A DNA stretch of 64,000 nt from an uncultured delta proteobacterium (GTDB lineage: Bacteria; Myxococcota_A; Polyangia; Polyangiales; JAFGIB01). Below are positions 50,078 to 59,493 of this stretch, one piece after another. Every line of letters starts with the position of its first letter. The first letter of the stretch is position 1. Under the pieces are notes generated by a model, which was not told the origin of the DNA, ran no database searches, and saw only the letters and a list, made by a program, of their open reading frames with translations. Position numbers and translations under genes: made by a program. Location: assembly GCA_963778655.1 (NCBI GenBank), contig CAVZVA010000002.1:480001-544000 (forward strand), given 5' to 3'.

Positions 50078-50206
50078 GCTTGGGTCCAGAAACGTCTGGG
50101 TCCAGAAACGTCCAGGAGCGGCTTACGGATCTGCGAAGTACGCCGAGTACTCCTCCGTCCGGGGCTCCGGGCGCGCTCGCTCCTGAACGCTTCTGGACCC
50201 AAGCTC
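50076..50206. mobile_element. MITE-like element with terminal inverted repeats
   Basis: GAGCTTGGGTCCAGAA (50076-91) and TTCTGGACCCAAGCTC (50191-206) form a perfect 16-bp IR; internal 16-bp tandem duplication; no coding capacity. Confidence 0.6.
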
Positions 50207-50235
50207 GCGTGCCCGGCACCCCGCTTTCGTTTGGC

Positions 50236-51705
50236 TTACTTGCCGATCAGCAGGTCGAGCATCTTGTCGACACGGGGGGCGTAGGGCGGACCCATGCTTG
50301 CGGCGGCGTTGAGCTTGGCCTGATGGAACACGCCCTTCTTGTGAGAGAAGGTCTCGAAACCCTCGATGCCGTGGTAGGCGCCCATGCCGCTCGGCCCGAC
50401 GCCGCCGAAGGGCAGGTCGTCGATCGCGAAGTGGATCAGGGTGTCGTTGAGCGTGGCCCCGCCCGAGGTGGTGTGCTCGAGCACGTCGCGCGCGCGCTCG
50501 TTGTCGAAGTCGAAGTAGTAGAGCGCCAGCGGGCGCGGGTGGGCGTTGATGTACTCGATCGCTTCCGGCAGCGAGCGGTAGGTCATGATCGGCAGCACCG
50601 GCCCGAAGATCTCCTCCTGCATGACTCGCATCTGATCGTCGACGTTCAGCAGCAGGGTGGGCGCGAGCTTGCGCGTCGCAGGGTCGAGCTGCTCGCCGGC
50701 CGGGTTGATCTCGATCTTGCGGGCGCCGCGGCTCTCGGCGTCCTTGACCAGCTCGACCAGCCGTTCGTAGTGCTTGTCGTTGACGACCGAGGTGTAGTCG
50801 CGGTTGTCGCGCAGCGTCGGGTAGGCGCGGCCTACGCTCTGCTTGAGCTGCTCGACCATCTTGTCGAGTTGTCCCTCGGGCACCAGCAGGTAATCGGGCG
50901 CGATGCAGGTCTGGCCGCCGTTGAACCACTTGCCGGCCGCGACGCGCTGAGCCGCGCGCGCCGTGGGAAAGCTCTCGTGCACCAGCGCCGGTGACTTGCC
51001 GCCGAGCTCGAGCGTCACCGGCGTGAGGTTTTCGGCCGCGGCGCGCATCACGCTGCGCCCGATGTGGGTCGAGCCGGTAAACAGCAGGTGATCGAACGGT
51101 AGCTTGCTGAACGCCGCGCCCACCTCCGGGCCGCCGGTCACGACGTGGACGACGTCCTGCGGCAGCGCCTCGCCCAACAGCCGCGCGATCAGCTCGGAGG
51201 TGCGCGGCGTGTACTCGGAGGGCTTGAGCAGCACCCGGTTGCCGGCCGCGAGCGCGGCCGCGAGCGGACCTACCGCCAGCTGGAACGGGTAGTTCCAAGG
51301 CGCGATCACCCCGACCACGCCGAGCGGCTGGTACAGGACCTTGGCGCTGCCCGGCCGCATCGCCAGCATGACGTGACGCGACTTGGGCTTCATCCAGCTC
51401 TTGAGGTGCTTCTTGGTGTGGCGCAAGCCCCCGATCAGCGTGAAGATCTCGGCGACCTGAGTCTCATGGAACGAACGGTTGCCGAAGTCGGCGCTGATCG
51501 CGTCGGCGATCTGCTTGCGGTTGTTGCGCACGCTGCGCAGCAGCGCGTCAAGCCAGCCGATGCGTTGCTCATAGCTCGGCATCGGGTCCTTGCGCTGCGC
51601 GGCTTTGAGACGCTCGAAGGCGGCTTGAAGGTCTGCTGTTTCGGTCGGCTGCTCGCGGGTGGCGGCGGCCGGCCCCTGCCGGGTGGGCTCAGTGACGACG
51701 TGCAT
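50236..51705 (-). CDS. Coniferyl aldehyde dehydrogenase-like ALDH
   Basis: PLGVVGVIAPWNYP, KPSE, FTGS, LELGGKSP, GQTCIAPDY, EEIFGP, PFGGVGPSGMG; GGAGG RBS. Confidence 0.92.
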   Translation of the reverse strand: MHVVTEPTRQGPAAATREQPTETADLQAAFERLKAAQRKDPMPSYEQRIGWLDALLRSVRNNRKQIADAISADFGNRSFHETQVAEIFTLIGGLRHTKKHLKSWMKPKSRHVMLAMRPGSAKVLYQPLGVVGVIAPWNYPFQLAVGPLAAALAAGNRVLLKPSEYTPRTSELIARLLGEALPQDVVHVVTGGPEVGAAFSKLPFDHLLFTGSTHIGRSVMRAAAENLTPVTLELGGKSPALVHESFPTARAAQRVAAGKWFNGGQTCIAPDYLLVPEGQLDKMVEQLKQSVGRAYPTLRDNRDYTSVVNDKHYERLVELVKDAESRGARKIEINPAGEQLDPATRKLAPTLLLNVDDQMRVMQEEIFGPVLPIMTYRSLPEAIEYINAHPRPLALYYFDFDNERARDVLEHTTSGGATLNDTLIHFAIDDLPFGGVGPSGMGAYHGIEGFETFSHKKGVFHQAKLNAAASMGPPYAPRVDKMLDLLIGK

Positions 51706-51802
51706 GGCGTGTCCTCCCCTGTGGTGTGTGGTAGCGGAGTATGTCAGCGGTGGAGAAGGGCCGCCAGGCCGGGCTTGAAGCCGGGGGGTACCCCGCAAGG
51801 AC

Positions 51803-53662
51803 TCAGGGTCGGCCCTGTCGCCGCAGCACCAGGGCGCGCTGCAGCAGACGTTTCGCTTCACGCCCGCGGCCGAGGTCGTGCTCCACGCGGGCGAGCTCGT
51901 ACAACACGCGCGCGTTTTCGTTGGCCTGCAGCGCGCGCCGCAGCAAGCGTTGCGCCGCCGCAAGATCTCCGGCTTCGCAAGCCAGCTCGCCGCGCACGTA
52001 CCAACCGGCGCACACGTCGGCGTTCAACGAGAGCACGCGCCGCGCCTCCGTCTGGGCCTGCGCCCGCAAGGCCGGATCGCGCGCCAAGCGCCGCACCTGC
52101 ACCTCGTTCGGCAGCACGAAGGGTCGCAACAGCCGGTACTCCCAACGCGCGATCACCGGAGCGAACTGCGGTGCGCGCGCGAGATACAACGCCGCGTGGT
52201 CGTCCCAGTACACCAGCGCCCAGCTATCGCGGTGCGCGTCGAGGTACGCGCGATAGCGGGCGTCGTAGATCGGATCGAGGATCAACATCTGCAGCCGGTG
52301 GCGGCGCACCAGCTGTCCGAAGTCTTCTGCGTACGCCAACTCCACGGCCAGCGGGCCGAAAATGTCGTTGCGGCCGTCCCAGTAGACCGGCTGCCGCAGG
52401 CGCCAGCCGAGATACCCGCCGCTGGCCTCGTAGTTGAACATGCGACCCGCGATGTGCTGTTGCTGCATGAAGGTCGCGAGCCGTTGCGGCACGCTCCGCG
52501 CCAGCGCGTGCTTCGGCAGCGCCGGACGTACCCACGCCAGCACGGCGAGCAGCAGCGCGACGTTGGCGAGCCCCGGCCAGGGCGAGCGCCAGAGGGCCGC
52601 GGCGCGCGGCGCGATCGGCTGCGAGTCCGACTGCTCTACGCCCCACAGCAGCGCGCAGAACGGCAACGCGAGCACTACGAAGTCGAAGATGAAGCGATTG
52701 GAGCGCAGCGCCATGATCAAAAAGAACAGCGTGCCCGGGCCCTGCGCCAGCAGCGGCCTGCGCGAATCCAGCAGCGCTTCCTTGAGCCGCGACAGTGGCA
52801 GGCACGCCAGCAGGCACGCCGCCAGAAGCACGTAGAAGGCGGGATACTTGGCGAGCGCGGGCGAGCGGTACTGCCCCATGTTCCAGTGCAGGCCGCTGCC
52901 GTAAAAGAGCTTGTTCACGCGGAAGGGGAAGGTCCACAGGTCGAAGCCGTTCGGGTTCACCAGCGTGAGCCCGGTGCAGGCCAGCACCAGCAACGTGCGG
53001 CGCCTGGACCGGCCGGAAAGCAGCAGCCGCAGCACCCCGGCCCGGCGCTCGCGGTACGCGTCGCGCACAGCCTGCAGCCAGAACCCCGCCAGCACGACCA
53101 GACCGAACACCACCCCGGCATGGCAGTTGGCCCAGAACAGGAACAGCGCGCAGATCGCGGCTTCCCGGCGCAGGCCGTCCTCCTGATGCAAGCGCCACAA
53201 CAGGGTGCCCAGCAGGCCGAGCAGACAGGACGACAACAAGGCCGCGCGCAGCACGAAGCAAGAGCGCGCGGCGGCGCCCAACCCGAGCAGCAGCAGCGGG
53301 ATGGCAATCGCGCGCCGGGCCGCGGGAAGCGCGCGCCGCATCTGCGCATACGAGAACGAGAACGCCAGCAGCGCCAGCAGGGTCATCAGGCCGACCAGCG
53401 CGGCGTACCCGCCGGTCCGATAGAGCGCGTAGAGCAGCAGGGCGAAGCCCCACTCGTGCGAAGTCCACGGCTGGCCGTACACCGTGTGCGTGAACAGGTC
53501 GACGCGCGGCACCCGACCGCTGCGGACGATCAGCTCGCCCGTGCGCAGGTGCCAGAAGATATCGTCGTGCCACAACGGCTGGGTGGCGACGCCGGCCAAC
53601 AGCACCCCGAACAGCGCCAGCGCCAGCCAGTGCAACCACGTCGTTGGTCGTGAGGTCGGCAT
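51803..53662 (-). CDS. Multi-pass membrane protein, probable GT-C-type glycosyltransferase with C-terminal TPR
   Basis: DDIFWHLRTG in the first external loop, WTSHEW, WANCHAG, LVNPNG, GGYL, YWDGRND; many TM segments; terminal TPR helices. Confidence 0.6.
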   Translation of the reverse strand: MPTSRPTTWLHWLALALFGVLLAGVATQPLWHDDIFWHLRTGELIVRSGRVPRVDLFTHTVYGQPWTSHEWGFALLLYALYRTGGYAALVGLMTLLALLAFSFSYAQMRRALPAARRAIAIPLLLLGLGAAARSCFVLRAALLSSCLLGLLGTLLWRLHQEDGLRREAAICALFLFWANCHAGVVFGLVVLAGFWLQAVRDAYRERRAGVLRLLLSGRSRRRTLLVLACTGLTLVNPNGFDLWTFPFRVNKLFYGSGLHWNMGQYRSPALAKYPAFYVLLAACLLACLPLSRLKEALLDSRRPLLAQGPGTLFFLIMALRSNRFIFDFVVLALPFCALLWGVEQSDSQPIAPRAAALWRSPWPGLANVALLLAVLAWVRPALPKHALARSVPQRLATFMQQQHIAGRMFNYEASGGYLGWRLRQPVYWDGRNDIFGPLAVELAYAEDFGQLVRRHRLQMLILDPIYDARYRAYLDAHRDSWALVYWDDHAALYLARAPQFAPVIARWEYRLLRPFVLPNEVQVRRLARDPALRAQAQTEARRVLSLNADVCAGWYVRGELACEAGDLAAAQRLLRRALQANENARVLYELARVEHDLGRGREAKRLLQRALVLRRQGRP

Positions 53663-53713
53663 CCCCCGCGCGGGGACGAGCTTATCGCGGTCGCGAAACG
53701 CTGACTACCGCGT

Positions 53714-54877
53714 TCATGACGAGGCCGAGATGCTGCTGCCGTCCGCCAGCGACGCGCGCAGGCGAGGCAGACTCTGCGGGTAGCGTCGCTGCACGAAGGC
53801 GATCAGCTTCTCGCGCGCCTCGCAGCGCAGGTCCCAGGCGTCACTGCTGTTCTTGGCGCTCATCAGCAGCCGCACCAGCATGGTCCGCTCGGTGGCATCG
53901 GTCACCTGGACCGAGCACGTCTTGCCGTCCCAGTGGCTGGACGCCGCCAGCACGCGCCGGAATTCGCCGCGGATCTCGTCGACGGGGACGCCGTAGTCGA
54001 GGTGCAGCTCGACGGTACCGAGCAGGTCCGAAGACACGCGCGTCCAGTTCTGGAACGGCTTGTCCAGGAACTGCCCCACTGGCACGATCAGTCGCCGCTG
54101 GTCCCAGATGCACACCACCACATAGGTCAGCGTGATCTCCTCGATGCGCCCCCACTCGCCCTCCACGATCACCACGTCATCGACGCGGATCGGCTGGGTG
54201 ATGGCGATCTGAATGCCGGCGATCAGCGTGGCAATGCTGCGCTGCGCGGCGAAGCCGAGCACGATACCGGCGACCCCGGCGGAGGCGAGCAGACCGGCTC
54301 CGATGTGGCGCACCGCGCTGAAGGTCATCAGCGCGAAGGCCAGGGTCACGATCACGATCACGAAGCCCCCGATGTTGCTGAAGCCGTGCAGCTGCGTGAA
54401 CACTCTGCGCGCCTCGAGATTGTCGGCGGCCGCGATGTCGTAGCGGTGCTCGATCACGTCCTCGACCACGCGAACGCCGCGGTAGGCGAGCCATCCGGTC
54501 GCGACGATGGTCACGACCAGCACCGCGTGCGACAGCCAGGCCAGCAGCTCGGCGGGTAGCGCGAGCAACGGCAGCACGCCGTAGACCGCCAGCGCCGGCA
54601 GCACCAGCCGCAGGGGGTCCGGCAGGTGCTCGGCCAGCGCGTCGTCGGCGAAATTCGCGGTGCGCTTCGCCCAGCGCTTGAGGCTGCGCAGGACCAGCGA
54701 CGCTGCCAGGCGGCCAACGAGATAGGCCGTGAGCAGCAGACTGACCGACCACACCAGGTCGAGCCAGCCGTAGTCGCGCACGACGCTCAAGATCCGGTCG
54801 AACGCGTGCAACCGGCTCGCCCCTGCGAGCGGGGCTGGACTGGCGCCTGAAGCGAGGAAGATCGGTAGGTATTTCAT
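53714..54877 (-). CDS. Small-conductance mechanosensitive channel (MscS family)
   Basis: LLASAGVAGIVLGFAAQ, QPIRVDDVVIVEGEWGRIEEITLTY, PFQNWTR; AAAGGAG RBS. Confidence 0.92.
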   Translation of the reverse strand: MKYLPIFLASGASPAPLAGASRLHAFDRILSVVRDYGWLDLVWSVSLLLTAYLVGRLAASLVLRSLKRWAKRTANFADDALAEHLPDPLRLVLPALAVYGVLPLLALPAELLAWLSHAVLVVTIVATGWLAYRGVRVVEDVIEHRYDIAAADNLEARRVFTQLHGFSNIGGFVIVIVTLAFALMTFSAVRHIGAGLLASAGVAGIVLGFAAQRSIATLIAGIQIAITQPIRVDDVVIVEGEWGRIEEITLTYVVVCIWDQRRLIVPVGQFLDKPFQNWTRVSSDLLGTVELHLDYGVPVDEIRGEFRRVLAASSHWDGKTCSVQVTDATERTMLVRLLMSAKNSSDAWDLRCEAREKLIAFVQRRYPQSLPRLRASLADGSSISASS

Positions 54878-55018
54878 CGGAAGCTCCTTTCGTCTCGCAA
54901 GATCCGGCGTAGCGCGCGAAATGCAACCTGGGGAGGTTTCCAGGAACGAACGCAGTGCCTGGCGGGCACCGCTGGCGCGAGCCGCGCAACGCGCACGTCC
55001 GCCGCGCATCCCGCGCGC

Positions 55019-56776
55019 TCAACGCGGCTGGCGGCGGATCAGGGCCAGCAGCTCGTCACGGGTGACGCCGAGGCGGATCGCGGTCTTTTGGGCGAGCGAG
55101 CTGGTGGCCACACCGGGGCGAAAGCGATAGGTGGGCCGGTCGTGCTCGTCGAGCTCCACCTGCAGGAAGGTGAGCTCGCTCGGGCCCGGCTCCTCGGACA
55201 ACCGGCGCGCGAACTGCAGGAAGTGGGTAGTGATCAGCACGCAGGCGTCGAGCTCCACCAGCAGCGAGAGCACCAGGCGGATGATGTCCTCGCCCTCCGA
55301 GGGGTTGGTGCCGGAGCAAAGCTCGTCGAGGACGATCAGCGAGCCCGGATGCGCGTGCTCGAATAGCTGGCGGATCCGCAGCAGCTCGGTGCCAAGCCGG
55401 CCTTCTTTCTGGTCGGCCCGCGCCTCCTCGATCAACGAGACGAACAGGCCGCGACTGCGGCACAGGCTGGCACGCGCCGCCGGCACGAAGAAGCCGGCCT
55501 GGCCCAGCATCTGCGCGACCGCGATCGCCTGCAGCAGTCGCGTCTTGCCGCCCGAGTTGGGGCCGGTCACCAGCGTGGTGGTGTCGAACGCGCCGAAGCC
55601 GAGGTCGCACGGCACCGGCGCGAGCGGTTGCGTGAACAGCAGCGGATTGAACAGCCCCTCGAAACAAGGGGCGGCCTCGCCGCGCTCGATCAGCTGCGGC
55701 AGGCACACGGTGAGCCCCTTGTCGGCGGCGGCGTCCTTGAATGCCAGGACCGCGAGGTAGACCTCCATCTCGCCCAGCAGCTGCAACAGCGGCGGCAGCA
55801 ACTCCTTGACGCCGTCGAAGATCGAGTCGACCCAGCGGTCGACCAGGCCGTTCTCGCTCAACGAGTAGCCGCGCAGCAGCAGCATGAAGCGTGTCAGCCA
55901 GCGCCCCAGAGCCGACTGATGGAAGCGGTTGTCGCGGTTCTCGGCTATGCGCTCGATCTCGAAGCGGCGGATGCGCCCGTCGGCGCCCAGCCGCAGCTTG
56001 ACCTCGACGCTGGCCAGGTGGTTCTCGTAGTCGAGCAGCTCGCCCATGCGGCGGTAGCCCTCGGTCGCGAGCGCGAGCTGGCCGAAGCGCTTCATGCGCA
56101 ACAGCCCGCTGCCGGCGCCCTCGAACGCGCTCGCCATCAGCGCGAGCGCGTCGCGCACCGAGCACAGCAGCTCGAGCCGGCGCCCGCGGCCGTCGAGCTC
56201 GCGCAGCGGCCCCTGGGCGTCGAGCAGGCCGCGCAGGTGGTGCAGCGCGCGATACACGGCGCTGAAGTCATCGCGAAGACGCGCGGTGGCGTCGAGCTCG
56301 CGCAGGATCGCGCGCCGGTGCTCGACCACCGCGGGCTCACGCGGCGGATGGGTCAACACGCGTGCCACGAACAGCGCGTCGATCGCCGGCTCAAAGCCGC
56401 CCAGGCGAACCCGCATGCAGGTGCGGATCAGCTCGCGGACGAAGAGCCCCGGGGCGAACGAGGCCGGCTCCCAGTCCGAGGCCGCGACCGGAGCGCGCTG
56501 CAAGGCCTGCTGCAGCAGACCGCCGATGTCGCCGCCAGCGAAGCCGAACGAGGTCGCCCAGCGCAGCCGCTCGACGTCGACGATCACCGCCGGATCCGGG
56601 TTGAGCAGATCGATCGCAGCCAGCGGCTCGCTGCCGGCGCGCGCAGCCGGCCCGAGCGGCGCCACCGAAAGTGGGGGCGGCGGCGGCGGCGGCTCGTCGA
56701 CCAGGGCCGTCCTGCGCCAGGGGCGCGAAAGCCGGTAGTTCCGCACCGCGGCCGAGCCGGATTCGGACATGCGCAT
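55019..56776 (-). CDS. MutS-related ATPase lacking mismatch-binding and Smr domains
   Basis: LFNPLL, TGPNSGGKT, AQMLGQAGFFVPA, GRLGTEL, LDELCSGTNPSEG, TTHF, PGVATSSLA. Confidence 0.8.
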   Translation of the reverse strand: MRMSESGSAAVRNYRLSRPWRRTALVDEPPPPPPPLSVAPLGPAARAGSEPLAAIDLLNPDPAVIVDVERLRWATSFGFAGGDIGGLLQQALQRAPVAASDWEPASFAPGLFVRELIRTCMRVRLGGFEPAIDALFVARVLTHPPREPAVVEHRRAILRELDATARLRDDFSAVYRALHHLRGLLDAQGPLRELDGRGRRLELLCSVRDALALMASAFEGAGSGLLRMKRFGQLALATEGYRRMGELLDYENHLASVEVKLRLGADGRIRRFEIERIAENRDNRFHQSALGRWLTRFMLLLRGYSLSENGLVDRWVDSIFDGVKELLPPLLQLLGEMEVYLAVLAFKDAAADKGLTVCLPQLIERGEAAPCFEGLFNPLLFTQPLAPVPCDLGFGAFDTTTLVTGPNSGGKTRLLQAIAVAQMLGQAGFFVPAARASLCRSRGLFVSLIEEARADQKEGRLGTELLRIRQLFEHAHPGSLIVLDELCSGTNPSEGEDIIRLVLSLLVELDACVLITTHFLQFARRLSEEPGPSELTFLQVELDEHDRPTYRFRPGVATSSLAQKTAIRLGVTRDELLALIRRQPR

Positions 56777-56888
56777 GCGCACACAATAGCGGATGGCCGG
56801 TGCGGGTGCGAAGCGGCCACCGCGACTTCCGCGGCCGCTGCGAGCCCGGCGGCGGCCAAATCCGACCCTGGCGCCCGCTGCCGCGACC

Positions 56889-58031
56889 TCAGCTGTGCGG
56901 GTCCTGCCGCGCCGCAACCCACCAGAGGCCAGCCAGGACGAGCAGGCCGGAGCCGGTGGTCGTGCTCAGCTCGAAGATCCTGGGGACGAGCTCGGGGCGG
57001 AGCAACCCAGCCACGAGCGAGAGCGACGAAAGCGCGAAGCTGGCGGCGCACAGGGCAAGGGGAAGCGAGCGCGCGCGGGCATTCGCAAGCAACACGGGCT
57101 GCGCGTACCCGAGCACCACGTAGTAGTGAGACCACCCCGGATCCATGAGGAGCGTGAACGATATCATCGTCATCGCAACGCTGATCGGGTGCGCCGGCTC
57201 CAGCAGGCGCAGCCGATGCACGGTCATTCCCAGGATGCCGAGGGTGGCGAGCAGCAAGAGCACGGCGACCACGGAATACGGAAGCTCGAACAATAGCGGC
57301 CTGGCCACCTCGTCGAAAATCGAGCGCGAGCGCCACAGTCGTTCGACCAGGGCACGCAGGGACTGGGCCTCGTCGAACAGCGGTCGCTGCTCCTGGAGAA
57401 CGACTGCGAGCGTCCGGTGCCACACCGCGCGCAGCGCCCCTGCGGGCAAGAGCGCGAACGGCAGCAGCGCGCCGAGGCCGACCAGCCAAAGCGCGAAGCG
57501 CCGCAAGTAGGCCGGTCTGAGGCGCACGCAATGCGGCAACACGAAGAACGCTGGGTAGAGCTTGGTCGCGGCTGCCGCTGCCAGCGCGGGCGGCCCGAGT
57601 CGTCCGGGTCGAGCGAGGCCCACCGCGGACACCACGAGCAACAGCAAGCTGATCTGCCCCGACCTGACGCAATGCACCAGCGGCAGGCTCGCGGCGGTCA
57701 GGCCGAACGTCGCGGCGTAGCGCGGCAAGCGCGGCAGCTCTGCCAGCACGCGAGCTGAGCTCAGAGCCAGCCACAGCACGAGGCAGCCTTGGAGCGCGAG
57801 CCACAGGCCCGACGCAAGCCCCAACGGAAGCAGGCTGAGCGGCCAAAACACGATCAGCGCGAACGGCGGATAGAACCAGCGCTCGGCCAGCACGAAGTCC
57901 GCCCGGCCGAGTTGCCGCGCCTGTGCGTAGTAGATGTTGAAGTCGAAGAGTGGGTCGCGCCCGTGGACGATCAGCGCCGTGCGGCGCAGGCCGAGCGAGA
58001 GCAGCAGCAACGCACAGAAGACGCCGACCAA
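56889..58031 (-). CDS. Glycosyltransferase family 87 (DUF2029)-like membrane protein
   Basis: DFNIYY, FYPPF, GQI, KLYP, QSL, PGWSHYY. The start is doubtful; a 1-bp loss in a G run near 58071-74 would extend it to GTG 58117. Confidence 0.75.
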   Translation of the reverse strand: MVGVFCALLLLSLGLRRTALIVHGRDPLFDFNIYYAQARQLGRADFVLAERWFYPPFALIVFWPLSLLPLGLASGLWLALQGCLVLWLALSSARVLAELPRLPRYAATFGLTAASLPLVHCVRSGQISLLLLVVSAVGLARPGRLGPPALAAAAATKLYPAFFVLPHCVRLRPAYLRRFALWLVGLGALLPFALLPAGALRAVWHRTLAVVLQEQRPLFDEAQSLRALVERLWRSRSIFDEVARPLLFELPYSVVAVLLLLATLGILGMTVHRLRLLEPAHPISVAMTMISFTLLMDPGWSHYYVVLGYAQPVLLANARARSLPLALCAASFALSSLSLVAGLLRPELVPRIFELSTTTGSGLLVLAGLWWVAARQDPHS

Positions 58032-58119
58032 TCCGATGCCGAGAACCCGTGCGCGGTCCGCGCGTGGCTTCCCCGAGACGACGACGCCGGCGGTTCGCGT
58101 GGGCGGGCCACGGTCACCT

Positions 58120-59493
58120 TCAGTCCCCGGTGGCCAGGCCGAAGCTGCGCAGCTTGCGCTGGAGGGTACGGCGGTCGATGCCGAGCGCGGTGGCGGCGCG
58201 CGTGACGTTGCCGTCCATCTGCTCGAGCACGCGCTCTATGTGCGCGCGCTCGACCTCGGCCAGGCTGGCGGTGGGCGCGAAGGCGGGCGAGACCGCTTCG
58301 GGAGCGACTGCGGGAAGCTGGCTGAACACGCTGGCCGCCAGCATGCGGCGCATCAGCGCGCCGTCGATCTCCGGGCCTTCGGCGAAGAGCGCGGCGCGGC
58401 GCAGCACGTTGAGCAGCTCGCGCACGTTGCCCGGCCAGTCGTATCCGACCATCAACGCCTCGCCCTCCGCGCCGATGCGCAGGCTCGAGCCGATGCGCTC
58501 GAGCAGGTGGTAGGCCAGCGGCATGACGTCCTCGCGGCGCTCGCGCAGCGGCGGCAGCACCAGCGGCAGCACCTGCAGGCGGAAGTACAGATCCTCGCGG
58601 AAGCCGCCGCTCTTGACCTCACTCCACAGGTCGCGGTTGGTGGCGGCGATGATGCGCACGTCGACCGGCATCTCGCGCGGCGCGCCCACCGGCCGGACCG
58701 TGCCGCTCTCCAAAGCGCGCAGCAACTTGCCCTGGGTCTCGTAGGGCAGCTCCGCGACCTCATCGATGAACAGGCTGCCGCCGCTGGCCTCGCCGAACAT
58801 CCCCGGGTGGTTCGCGGTCGCGCCGGTGAAGGCGCCCTTGCGGTGGCCGAACAGCTCGCTCTCGAACAGGTCGCGCTGCACGCAGGCCGCGTTGAGCGCG
58901 ACAAACGGGCCGCGTGCGCGCGGGCTGCACAGGTGCAGGTGCCGGGCCACGACTTCCTTGCCGGTGCCGGTCTCGCCGTAGAGCGCCACGGTCTCGTTGC
59001 TGGCTCCTGCACGCGCCACGAAGGTCCGCACTGCCTGCATCGCCGGGCTCAGCCCGACCAGCGGCGGCACCTCGAGCTGCGAGCGCTCGCCGCGCGCCTT
59101 GTGGCTCTCGAGCGCGGCCTGCGAGAGCAGCGGGCCGAGCAGCTCGGCATCGACCGGCTTCTCGAGAAAGGAGAACGCCCCGAGCTTCATCGCCAGCACG
59201 GCGGCCTCGACCGAGCCGTGGCCTGTCAGCACCACCACGCGCGTGGGCGTGTGCGCGCTGCGCTTGAGCACCTCCAGGCCGTCGATGCCGCCCATGCGCA
59301 AATCGAGCAAGGCGGCATCGGGCGGGGTCGGGCCGCACAGCACTTGCAGCGCGGCCTCGCCGCTGCCCGCGTCGCTGACCGCGAAGCCGCTGCGCCGGAG
59401 CGCCTTGACCATGGCGAAGCGAAACGCCGCGTCGTCGTCGATCACCAGCACCGTGGCCGGCTCGCTCGGGCTCGATGCGCGCGACTGGCTCAC
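58120..59493 (-). CDS. NtrC-type sigma54-dependent response regulator
   Basis: VLVIDDD, LLDLRM, LTGHG, KP; GETGTGKE, GAFTGA, WPGNVREL; Fis HTH. GTGA overlap with the kinase. Confidence 0.93.
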   Translation of the reverse strand: MSQSRASSPSEPATVLVIDDDAAFRFAMVKALRRSGFAVSDAGSGEAALQVLCGPTPPDAALLDLRMGGIDGLEVLKRSAHTPTRVVVLTGHGSVEAAVLAMKLGAFSFLEKPVDAELLGPLLSQAALESHKARGERSQLEVPPLVGLSPAMQAVRTFVARAGASNETVALYGETGTGKEVVARHLHLCSPRARGPFVALNAACVQRDLFESELFGHRKGAFTGATANHPGMFGEASGGSLFIDEVAELPYETQGKLLRALESGTVRPVGAPREMPVDVRIIAATNRDLWSEVKSGGFREDLYFRLQVLPLVLPPLRERREDVMPLAYHLLERIGSSLRIGAEGEALMVGYDWPGNVRELLNVLRRAALFAEGPEIDGALMRRMLAASVFSQLPAVAPEAVSPAFAPTASLAEVERAHIERVLEQMDGNVTRAATALGIDRRTLQRKLRSFGLATGD

